Assembly (NCBI RefSeq): GCF_964250085.1
Contig: NZ_CAXUEC010000013.1
Location: forward strand, 5,101 to 69,100
DNA from: an uncultured Fibrella sp.
GTDB lineage: Bacteria > Bacteroidota > Bacteroidia > Cytophagales > Spirosomataceae
Direction: 5' to 3'
Length of the DNA: 64,000 bases
Shown: positions 1 through 8,342 of the stretch, piece after piece
Numbering within the stretch: the stretch's first letter is position 1
Layout of the letters: each line of letters opens with the position of its first letter
Position numbers and translations under genes: made by a program
Notes under the pieces: model-generated
What the model was told of the DNA's origin: nothing
What the model saw: the letters and a program-made list of their open reading frames with translations, nothing else
Database searches by the model: none

Positions 1-1718
1 GTACGAGGCGCTAGATAGCTGCATAGATTTAACCCCATTTCAATTCCACTCAGGTACGATTAGAAGCGTACAAGAAAAGCGTCTAAGTCTGCCTTTTCAT
101 CCATTTCAATTCCACTCAGGTACGATTAGAAGCGGTGTCAGCCCCTTCGATGTGAGGGGGCTGGGTTTATTTCAATTCCACTCAGGTACGATTAGAAGGC
201 GCTGGTGTGCCAAGGGTTGCCTGTTCCCACGAATATTTCAATTCCACTCAGGTACGATTAGAAGGATATGCCGGGATTGCCCTTAGAGGAGGTTCGATGG
301 AATTTCAATTCCACTCAGGTACGATTAGAAGGACACCAACACGCTGGGCAAAGCTTTCTACTTCCTATTTCAATTCCACTCAGGTACGATTAGAAGTTTT
401 TGGCGGTCGATACAAAGCTTTCTCCCTGTGCTTATTTCAATTCCACTCAGGTACGATTAGAAGTGTACGAGGCGCTAGATAGCTGCATAGATTTAACCCC
501 ATTTCAATTCCACTCAGGTACGATTAGAAGCGGTGCTGCCATCGACAGTAAGTTTTGGCACAATACCATTTCAATTCCACTCAGGTACGATTAGAAGGCC
601 AAAAAGGCCGCAAACGCGGCGGCATCGCTCAAATTTCAATTCCACTCAGGTACGATTAGAAGCGAGAGGGCGAACCGGTATAGCATAGAATCTAATATCA
701 TTTCAATTCCACTCAGGTACGATTAGAAGATCTGGACTTGAGACACTACCCTTTCTGGTCTGTTTTATTTCAATTCCACTCAGGTACGATTAGAAGCTGG
801 CGACCGGTCTATAACGGGAATACAAGCGGCAGATTTCAATTCCACTCAGGTACGATTAGAAGCCAGCGCTTTACGAAGGGCAGAGGTCTCGAACATATTT
901 CAATTCCACTCAGGTACGATTAGAAGCTGGGTGTGAAGCAGTCGGTAGCACGGATGGGCTTATTTCAATTCCACTCAGGTACGATTAGAAGCGACATGCG
1001 CCACGAAGCGTTCTGGCAAAAGCTGCATTTCAATTCCACTCAGGTACGATTAGAAGTAGCACGTCCGTGGTGATGGATTGCGTGAACCCGAATATTTCAA
1101 TTCCACTCAGGTACGATTAGAAGTCGATTAACTCACTAGGGGCTTTGCCGCCCATGTTTATTTCAATTCCACTCAGGTACGATTAGAAGTTATTCGGGTA
1201 TGGTTGCTACTTGTGTAAAACTCCCATTTCAATTCCACTCAGGTACGATTAGAAGTTCTCGGCCTGATGGCGTTCGCGTTCGGCTACGGCATTTCAATTC
1301 CACTCAGGTACGATTAGAAGGAGGTGTTCCAGGGGGATATCGACCAGTTTATGACTAATTTCAATTCCACTCAGGTACGATTAGAAGAATGGACCTGGGC
1401 AATAAAGCGCAGCGGACCTTATTATTTCAATTCCACTCAGGTACGATTAGAAGTTATCGACCGATGCCCACCCATCAGCGCCTTTCTTGAATTTCAATTC
1501 CACTCAGGTACGATTAGAAGGCAGACGGATGGAAACTAACTTGATAACCATAGTCCCATTTCAATTCCACTCAGGTACGATTAGAAGGAATCCATATTGG
1601 TTTAGGAGTTAAAGCAAGTCTCTATTTCAATTCCACTCAGGTACGATTAGAAGGTACCCAACTTCTAGCCTGCTTAAAGGGCCAAAACATTTCAATTCCA
1701 CTCAGGTACGATTAGAAG
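1..1718 (-). CRISPR. CRISPR array: 26 exact 30-bp repeats, 25 complete spacers (34-37 bp) plus one spacer cut by the window edge
   Basis: The repeat ATTTCAATTCCACTCAGGTACGATTAGAAG starts at 37,103,169,235,302,367,434,501,568,633,700,767,833,897,962,1027,1094,1160,1226,1291,1358,1424,1491,1558,1624,1689. Read on the minus strand it is CTTCTAATCGTACCTGAGTGGAATTGAAAT, ending in ATTGAAAT, the usual type I-B 8-nt handle. cas2 and the leader lie on the 1719+ side, so minus-strand transcription is inferred. Confidence 0.97.
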
Positions 1719-1735
1719 GCGTTAAATTAGGGCGT

Positions 1736-1777
1736 AAAAAGGGGCTTTCCAAGGCCTGGTGGCGGTTAGAAAGCCCC
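1736..1777 (-). terminator. terminator-like stem-loop plus T5 inside the leader, 17 nt before the first repeat
   Basis: GGGGCTTT (1741-1748) pairs with AAAGCCCC (1770-1777) around a 21-nt loop. The minus strand continues TTTTT (1736-1740). Confidence 0.35.
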
Positions 1778-1916
1778 AGAAGAGAAGCTTTTTGTCGTCG
1801 GTCAACAATAGTACGAAAACCCCCGTCGATTGACGACACTCTGACTGACAGCAGGTTAAGGGCCAGGAATGAGCCGAGCGCTTCAGTTAGTACAGCTTGT
1901 CAAAGAACAAAAGACG

Positions 1917-1943
1917 CGACCGACGACAACACGTCGTCGGTCG
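1917..1943 (-). terminator. stem-loop directly after the cas2 stop; candidate intrinsic terminator of the cas operon
   Basis: Perfect 11-bp stem CGACCGACGAC/GTCGTCGGTCG with a 5-nt loop. On the minus strand it is followed by CGTCTTTTGTTCTTTG. Confidence 0.55.
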
Positions 1944-1946
1944 GTG

Positions 1947-2210
1947 CTACAGAAAATCATCGGTCGACTGCTTCTCTTTGCCCACAATCTGCTTGTCGAG
2001 CCACTTTTTGTCGCGGTTCTTAAACAGAATAAGGCTGTCTTCCTCGTCGTTCATCAGAGCCTTGGCCTCGTGCAATAACGCCTTTAGCTGCACCTCGGTT
2101 AATTCGCCCTCGAAGACCGAATTCTGAATCCAGTTGAGGTAACGGCGGCAGAGCTTCAGCATCTTGCCGACCCGCTTCTGCCCCATATCATACACCAGAA
2201 TAATATACAT
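1947..2210 (-). CDS. cas2: CRISPR-associated endoribonuclease Cas2
   Basis: 87 aa. The N-terminus MYIILVYDMGQKRVGKMLKLCRRYLNWIQNSVFEGEL matches the Cas2 ferredoxin-fold signature. It lies immediately downstream of cas1. Confidence 0.95.
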   Translation of the reverse strand: MYIILVYDMGQKRVGKMLKLCRRYLNWIQNSVFEGELTEVQLKALLHEAKALMNDEEDSLILFKNRDKKWLDKQIVGKEKQSTDDFL

Positions 2211-2213
2211 CGC

Positions 2214-3227
2214 TTACCAGAGGGCCTTAAACGGTTTGTAGGTTTCCATGCCCAGCAAATGCTTTTGCAACTTATAACACTCCAGCTTGACCAGGTGTCG
2301 GTAACTAACGCTACGCCCCAGCGACCGGTGCTTGATGGTCTCTTTCAGCAACTCGTCGAAACCCTGAACAAACCGTTTACGGGCGGCTTCCTTCATCACG
2401 CACCCGCCCACCTCCACCCGAAAGTCCGACGGTTGCAACTGCCGTTTGTTGATCATCCGAAAAATGAGTCGGTCAACCAGAATTGGCTTGAATACCTCGG
2501 CCAGGTCGAGTGCCAGTGAGTACCGCCTTGCGCCCGGCTCGTGCAGGAAACTGATCGTCGGGTTCAACTGGGTGTGGTAGATCGTACCCAGGCAGGCCGT
2601 GTAACAGAGCATATTGCCGAATGAGATCAGGGCGTTCAGTTCGTTCTGCGGTGGTCGTTTGCTTCGTCCGTCCATCGTGAAGGTAGCGCCCACAATGGCG
2701 TCGAAACAATCGTAGTAGGTCTGACGAATATTACCTTCAATGCCCATCAGCATAGGTACGTCGGTGGTGGCAGGTACGTTGGCCAATAGGCCTTCGATGG
2801 TCGCAATGGCCTGGCCTAGGTCTTTGGCATTGTCGCGGCTGTGGTGGTATTTCAGCACCCGCAGAATATTACAGGCGGCTCCTTCTACAAACGCCTGCGC
2901 CACCACCATCCGCTTTTTGGCCGCCATATAATGCTTTGTCTGCTCTACCTGCATTTTCCCCGCCAGCAGGTATTCGCGGGGCATGAACGAGCCGGTGTAG
3001 TGTTCGTAGTAGTTGAAAAAGTGGACAGCAATGCCTTCCTGACCCAGGAAATTGTAGAGCGCACTATTAGCGTCGAGGTTGCCAAACACGTACAGATCCG
3101 ACACCTGCTCAACGGGCAGAAAGCGCGGCGTTCCTTCCACGCCGTTCTCATCTACGGGCGTAAACTTTAGCGTATTGTCCTGCCGACTCATGCGCCCCGG
3201 ATTCATCAGGTATTTGGTCTGTTTCAT
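2214..3227 (-). CDS. cas1: CRISPR-associated endonuclease Cas1 (type I-B style)
   Basis: The ORF is open to 3290, but the start is placed at MKQTKYLMNPGRMSRQDNTLKF, an N-terminus typical of I-B Cas1. The C-terminal helical-domain motif SLALDLAEVFKPILVDRL is present. The 3290 start would overlap cas4 by 29 nt. Confidence 0.93.
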   Translation of the reverse strand: MKQTKYLMNPGRMSRQDNTLKFTPVDENGVEGTPRFLPVEQVSDLYVFGNLDANSALYNFLGQEGIAVHFFNYYEHYTGSFMPREYLLAGKMQVEQTKHYMAAKKRMVVAQAFVEGAACNILRVLKYHHSRDNAKDLGQAIATIEGLLANVPATTDVPMLMGIEGNIRQTYYDCFDAIVGATFTMDGRSKRPPQNELNALISFGNMLCYTACLGTIYHTQLNPTISFLHEPGARRYSLALDLAEVFKPILVDRLIFRMINKRQLQPSDFRVEVGGCVMKEAARKRFVQGFDELLKETIKHRSLGRSVSYRHLVKLECYKLQKHLLGMETYKPFKALW

Positions 3228-3261
3228 AAACGTGGGATGGCTTGTGTTTTTCGACTCGAAT

Positions 3262-3768
3262 TCAGTCCTCCTCGGTGTAGCAAAAGTCAAAGTAGCTGCA
3301 CGACCGGCATTTGGATTTCGTCAGCCGGGGCGGACATTGCTCACTGTCTGTTAGCTGCTCAATGGCACGTACCCAGCCTTCTACCACCGGTACGTCCTCC
3401 TCTGTCAGCGTAACCGTCTGCGTTTGCCGAAGCTTGGGGTATTCGATCAGCCCTGTAGCGCCCTCGATCCCATTTTTACGCAGCAGATACAGGTAGAACT
3501 GCACCTGTGCCACCGTGGCGGGCTCAAACTTGTCTGACTTTTTGATCTCATGCACGACCTTGTCATATGGGTCATAAAAATCAATCTTCGACCCATCCAA
3601 TAGGATTTCGCGATACCGTTCAGCGCGTTGAGGATAGGCAAATTCATGTAATTGCTTTCCTTCGCTGACCAGCTCCGAGTTGTGTTCCATACGGATATGG
3701 TTGGCATGCAGCCAGAGTTCACGTTGGCAGATGTGGTACATTCCGATGAGTGAGCCAGTAACGGTCAT
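3262..3768 (-). CDS. cas4: CRISPR-associated exonuclease Cas4 (RecB-like, Fe-S cluster)
   Basis: 168 aa with an N-terminal Cys (HICQRE) and a C-terminal CRSCSYFDFC cysteine cluster. The nuclease motif DFYDP...VHEIKK is present. Confidence 0.92.
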   Translation of the reverse strand: MTVTGSLIGMYHICQRELWLHANHIRMEHNSELVSEGKQLHEFAYPQRAERYREILLDGSKIDFYDPYDKVVHEIKKSDKFEPATVAQVQFYLYLLRKNGIEGATGLIEYPKLRQTQTVTLTEEDVPVVEGWVRAIEQLTDSEQCPPRLTKSKCRSCSYFDFCYTEED

Positions 3769-3780
3769 ACGTGCTTGGAT

Positions 3781-6549
3781 TTAGAGTATTGCGTTTTCAG
3801 AAGACTCAAACCGGCTTTGATCAAGCCCAGTCTTGTAATCGTAGACTTCATCATAGTGCTTCAAGTACAGATAATCTTCAAATCCATCTTCGGCCGGACC
3901 CGTAAAGCGTGGCCGTAGTTCGTTTTTTAACTTATCAGTATGGAAAATCGAAAACGTAAACTTCGACAGAATACCCTGCATGATTTTTTTGCTCACTTGC
4001 GATTCAGTCATACCCATTTTCATGTCGTTCAACTGGCGATACAAGGTCCAAACGCTTACCCCATTCACCTCTTTATTACCGGTAGAATAGCATTGATGAT
4101 GGTTCAGAAAGCCAAGTTCGGCTTCTGAGAAAATGGTCTCGTATTTATCTTCCTGTTCACCCTCAACTTTGATTGGCAACGACAAAGGCACAAATACAGA
4201 CAGGTTGCGCTGTTCGATCAACTGGAAGTCCTTGTGAATCGCTTCGTAATCAAGCTGCTGAACACTAGGCAGGTATTTTGTTGAAAAATTATCAATACCA
4301 ACCTTCTGGTTTAGATTATTACGCCCGGCCAATACCTGATTGTAAAGGCGACCAAAATCTTTGGTTTCTAAAATAGCACGGTGGTCAGTTATGGTCAGTT
4401 TGTCGCGGGTAATATCAAACCGGTCGTCGTGCTTGTACAAGATGCCTGGCTCATTGAGCTTGAACAGGAATACGTCACAGACATCCTTCGTTACATTACG
4501 GTTTACCCGACCCGCCAACTGTTCGTCGCTGTCGATGAGCGAGATGTTTTTGAAACCGAGGTCCATATCAATGTCCACCCCGGCTTCAACCACCTGTGTC
4601 GTGATGAGCAACACTTTTTGCGGGTTCTCCTTCTTGCCCTCTCGTTTTAGGAAATTGATAATTTCGCGCCGACGTGGTTCCAGTATTGTACCGGACAGCA
4701 CAAAGACCGTATCAAAAAACTCATGGCCAATCTGATTGGCAAATTCAGTAGCCGACTTTTTATAGATGAACTCAATGATCGTAAACACGCGTCCGCCGTG
4801 TTCATTGGCGTATGACTGAGATTCGGCCAAAACGGCTCTACCCAGTTCAATAGGCTCAATAGTCCGTGCTTTGCCATTGGCGCCTTCCAGCAAATCGAAG
4901 CGAAACCGTACCCGATTGCTAAAGTTAGGGTTCTGGAAATACCATTTGGCATCCGGTAACAGATTCTCAAATTTGGGGGGATTGGTCAACCCAATAGTTA
5001 GCCCGTCGATGCGTGGTAATGTGGCCGACATCAGCACAAACCGGATATTAAACGCACGGCTATAGTGGTCAAGCCAGAACAGCATCTTATCCCAATGTTT
5101 TGGTGGGTAAGACTGCAACTCATCAATCACGACTACCGAGTTAGCAAGCCGGTGCATGAGGTAAATGCTGTCCTTTTCGTTCGATTTCAGGATGTCGAAG
5201 AATCGAATGTGCGTTAGCAGACAGACAGGGAAAAATGCGAACAGATTGGCTAACTGATTTTTCCACTGTTTGCCATAGTTGCTTTCTAACTCGGCAGGTA
5301 CGTCCTCACGCTGTTGAAAGCCGCCCCGCGAATGCAATAGACCCATCTGTGAATCATCTAACTGCCAAGTATCGCGGAGTGCCTGATGAGTCTGCGTAAT
5401 GAGCGTTGTGAACGGAAAAACATAAAAAACCTTATTCAACGATGGGTCCAGCCGGAGCAATTCCGCCGTTACCACCGCCGATATATTTGTTTTACCGCCC
5501 CCTGTTGGTGCTTCGAGGTAAAACAACCGCTGATTTTGGTATTGCCGCACTTGCCGAATGGCTTGCACGGCCATCTCTAAACGCAGCAGGTTCAGCGTTT
5601 CGTTATTGCGTTCGATGGGTACGGTCGGCTGCCATGCCGGGTCATCGGCTAACCGAAATGCGTCGGTATTGTAGGATTTGCTACTTCGGGCGGCGTCGAT
5701 CAGTTTAGTCCGTAATTCATGTGTCAGCACCCCAAAATCGTTTATGCCCGACTGATTCATATACTCTGATGTCGCTAAGTAATCGGCGGCTGTGAGCAGT
5801 GAGAAGTTGAGCCTAAGCAAAGCAAGAATAGAAAATGCATCGGTAGTGTCTTCAATGAACGTATCCCAGATGGCTTGCCACTCGTTAAAGTAGAAAGTTG
5901 AGACATCAGGCGAAGAGAACTGATAAAGAGCTAAGTAGGCTTCCAGCTTATCAGCCAGTTTCAAGACCTGACTACGACCAATTCGACGTTGTGGCGGTTC
6001 AAAGCGTGAGCTGTGATGAAGGAAAATAGGGTTTGTGAACAGCAATGCCACTGCTGAAAGCCAAACGCGCTCGTCCTCTGGCAGGTCTATCAACGTTTGC
6101 TCAATGCGTTCCAGGTGATAGACTGCAAAAATGTAAGCACTCAGTTCTGAGTGGCCGTGGGCAGGTTGTAGCAACGGTGGGTACGTGGCTTGAAATAAAC
6201 TATTCTGCATCCGTTCTTTCTGGAAGTGCTCGTTCACTTTGCCAAAATCATGGAACGCAGTAGCTCCGATAAACAGATCGAGAATATACGCCCGCAACAC
6301 AGGCTGGTGAACTTCTGGACGGGTCGATACCAAGTGGTCAATCAATTGTTCAACCAGTGGAGAAAGGCCATGTTCGATACTTAACCGCTTGGCCAGCCGA
6401 AGTACCACATCCATATGCTCTGCCAATGTTTCATCTGCCACCGACCCAGCCATTTGGGTACCAGGCCGGTGGGCCAGATAATTTTTGTGCTCAGTTAAAC
6501 AGGTGTCTACCCGCAATGCCTGGTCAAACTGAGTCAGTAGGTTCAGCAT
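3781..6549 (-). CDS. cas3: Cas3 fused HD nuclease / SF2 helicase
   Basis: 922 aa. Contains an N-terminal HD motif (FHDFGKVNEHF), Walker A (EAPTGGGKTN), a DExQ box (VVIDELQSY) and motif III (LMSATLP). Confidence 0.95.
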   Translation of the reverse strand: MLNLLTQFDQALRVDTCLTEHKNYLAHRPGTQMAGSVADETLAEHMDVVLRLAKRLSIEHGLSPLVEQLIDHLVSTRPEVHQPVLRAYILDLFIGATAFHDFGKVNEHFQKERMQNSLFQATYPPLLQPAHGHSELSAYIFAVYHLERIEQTLIDLPEDERVWLSAVALLFTNPIFLHHSSRFEPPQRRIGRSQVLKLADKLEAYLALYQFSSPDVSTFYFNEWQAIWDTFIEDTTDAFSILALLRLNFSLLTAADYLATSEYMNQSGINDFGVLTHELRTKLIDAARSSKSYNTDAFRLADDPAWQPTVPIERNNETLNLLRLEMAVQAIRQVRQYQNQRLFYLEAPTGGGKTNISAVVTAELLRLDPSLNKVFYVFPFTTLITQTHQALRDTWQLDDSQMGLLHSRGGFQQREDVPAELESNYGKQWKNQLANLFAFFPVCLLTHIRFFDILKSNEKDSIYLMHRLANSVVVIDELQSYPPKHWDKMLFWLDHYSRAFNIRFVLMSATLPRIDGLTIGLTNPPKFENLLPDAKWYFQNPNFSNRVRFRFDLLEGANGKARTIEPIELGRAVLAESQSYANEHGGRVFTIIEFIYKKSATEFANQIGHEFFDTVFVLSGTILEPRRREIINFLKREGKKENPQKVLLITTQVVEAGVDIDMDLGFKNISLIDSDEQLAGRVNRNVTKDVCDVFLFKLNEPGILYKHDDRFDITRDKLTITDHRAILETKDFGRLYNQVLAGRNNLNQKVGIDNFSTKYLPSVQQLDYEAIHKDFQLIEQRNLSVFVPLSLPIKVEGEQEDKYETIFSEAELGFLNHHQCYSTGNKEVNGVSVWTLYRQLNDMKMGMTESQVSKKIMQGILSKFTFSIFHTDKLKNELRPRFTGPAEDGFEDYLYLKHYDEVYDYKTGLDQSRFESSENAIL

Positions 6550-6552
6550 AGC

Positions 6553-7395
6553 TCAGAATAGTTGTATGATTCGCTTTGCACCTTCTGAATCGCTGACCTC
6601 ATATAAATCATCAATCTGCGTTCCAGCCTGTAATGTCCAGTCTGTAAAAGCAAACTCAGCTAGTTCGTATTGCATCAACCGCTCATCAAAGCCAACAGGT
6701 AATCGCTCAAAATAGCTGAATGTAGATCGGTTCGATATTGTTCTTGTTGAGGGTGAAATGCGGGGTTTCTGTCGTTGTCTTCTTATCGGGTATTCTCTTA
6801 TAAAAAGTGACGAAATTGTAAAATCTGTTTTAGTGCTAAATTGGTCTATTGTATATTCTGTCGTGCGCTCCCACCAGGCAGTGAACTCGTTCTTGCCCAG
6901 GTATGGTACAAACTCCGCTTCCTGGTTTCGGATACGAGTAAGCAATCTGCCCTGAACTTCGTCGGCTTCGTTTAAGAGCACATACACCCGGTAAGCTGGT
7001 GAACGTAGCGTACTCTCCTGCACAATTAGGGTGCCGTCGACGTTGGCGTAACCGACGGTGTTGGTGTAGGTAATGGCCGTTTTAGTGAAGTTTCCCCGTT
7101 CGTGATAGAGCGGTTCGATACCCACCGGTACCGACTTTAGCAACTTGTAATATTCTGGCCACTGTCCCTTTTTTTCGTAGCCTTTCAAGCCTGCAATAGC
7201 TCCCATAACACCCAGTAAAGCCGGTTTATGGAGCATATTATAAGAGAGTTGCAGCCCGTCATTCACGTCGGGCTTTCGAAAAAAACCAAAGTCAGCCCGC
7301 AAATCGAACGAAATCAACCGCAGGCTTTCAGGCTTTCTCTCCGGCACAGGTACGTTGCTTGTTCCGGTGAAATCGAGCGTCATCTGATCGGTCAT
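6553..7395 (-). CDS. cas5: Cas5 (type I-B)
   Basis: 280 aa with the N-terminal Cas5 motif LRADFGFFRKPDVN. It overlaps cas7 by 4 nt (ATGA) and sits between cas7 and cas3. Confidence 0.85.
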   Translation of the reverse strand: MTDQMTLDFTGTSNVPVPERKPESLRLISFDLRADFGFFRKPDVNDGLQLSYNMLHKPALLGVMGAIAGLKGYEKKGQWPEYYKLLKSVPVGIEPLYHERGNFTKTAITYTNTVGYANVDGTLIVQESTLRSPAYRVYVLLNEADEVQGRLLTRIRNQEAEFVPYLGKNEFTAWWERTTEYTIDQFSTKTDFTISSLFIREYPIRRQRQKPRISPSTRTISNRSTFSYFERLPVGFDERLMQYELAEFAFTDWTLQAGTQIDDLYEVSDSEGAKRIIQLF

Positions 7396-8315
7396 TGGGT
7401 TAGTTCCAAAATGGTAGCATTGGCAGGTGCGCCCGAAATATTCGTTGCCGTTGAGTCGTAATACAATTCGATTTTCTCGATTTGCTCACTCACTGCTGGG
7501 CGTGCCAGAATCTCCGCAACTTTTTCCAGATGAATAATCCGGTCAACATCTACCGAAATCAGTTCGACGAACGAGGGCAACACGAGCATAGAACCGGGCT
7601 TTAGTTGCACCCATAGCATCAGTTCGTTTTCCGTACCCGATTTAGCGGCTGAGTCGTAGAGTGTCGCTCCCTGCGTGAGGGCTTTCTTGACTTTGGTAAT
7701 GTCGTCGCTGTTCAGTGTCTGACCACCGGATAGTTCGATCAGGTCGCTGATATTGTGCGGATTCAGCGACAGACCATGTACGTAATGACCTTCACTAAGT
7801 TTTGACTGCGTACCCAACGTACTCATGGTAGAGTCGGCACTTTTTTCGCCGGGATTACGAAACGGCGACATGATTTGCTCGGAGTAAATAATGCCTTCCA
7901 CGTATCGGTTTATGCCGTGCGTAATTTGCAGTGGCCCGTGGATTGAAAGGTTCGTTTTTCCGGCATATGTGCCGCCAAACAGCCGCACATCAATGCATTC
8001 AAACAGGTTTTTGGCTACCGAACGGCGAAGCTGGGCATCTTTCTCTTTGGCGTATGCCCCGAAATACTGCTCGTAATTTTCATCCAGCGTTTTGGGCTGT
8101 AACTCCGCGCTGAATGTCTTGAAGTAAAATACTTTTTCGTCTGGGTACGCCTTTTTGAGGTAGTTCCGCACAGTATATTTCAACGCTTTATCTGTGGCGT
8201 AAACTGTACCGTCGGGCAGGGTACGCGGTTGGTGGGTGAAGTCGGCGTTGTAGTTTGAGTTGACCGATTTAATCACGACGCATCCGAAAACGCGATTTGT
8301 AAAGGCAGTAGCCAT
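7392..8315 (-). CDS. cas7: Cas7 backbone subunit (Csh2/Cst2-like, type I-B)
   Basis: 307 aa. The N-terminal VNSNYNADFTHQPR...ATDKALKYTVRNYL resembles the Cas7 NxNGDP...TDV.lKR.iR signature. Its position is between cas8b and cas5. Confidence 0.85.
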   Translation of the reverse strand: MATAFTNRVFGCVVIKSVNSNYNADFTHQPRTLPDGTVYATDKALKYTVRNYLKKAYPDEKVFYFKTFSAELQPKTLDENYEQYFGAYAKEKDAQLRRSVAKNLFECIDVRLFGGTYAGKTNLSIHGPLQITHGINRYVEGIIYSEQIMSPFRNPGEKSADSTMSTLGTQSKLSEGHYVHGLSLNPHNISDLIELSGGQTLNSDDITKVKKALTQGATLYDSAAKSGTENELMLWVQLKPGSMLVLPSFVELISVDVDRIIHLEKVAEILARPAVSEQIEKIELYYDSTATNISGAPANATILELTQ

Positions 8316-8342
8316 AGTTGTGTTTGTAAGAAAGGGGAAAGG

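Larger units (their letters stand above)
1719..1946 (-). promoter_or_regulatory. CRISPR leader between the cas2 stop and the first repeat
   Basis: 228-bp non-coding gap in the canonical leader position. The 10-mer GTCGTCGGTC occurs three times (1794-1803 and 1933-1942 forward, 1918-1927 reverse). Two stem-loops are present. No promoter could be assigned with confidence. Confidence 0.7.

Noticed and set aside
207-1539. ORFs in the track at 207-482, 400-594, 738-923 and 1324-1539 with reiterated FQFHSGTIR / FNSTQVRLE peptides
   Set aside because: They are translations of the CRISPR repeat in two frames. They have no independent coding signal.
3228-3290. N-terminal extension of cas1 (MTFATPRRTEFESKNTSHPTF)
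   Set aside because: It overlaps the cas4 3-prime end by 29 nt. The downstream Met gives the canonical I-B Cas1 N-terminus (YLMNPGRMSRQDNTLKF), so the shorter start is preferred.
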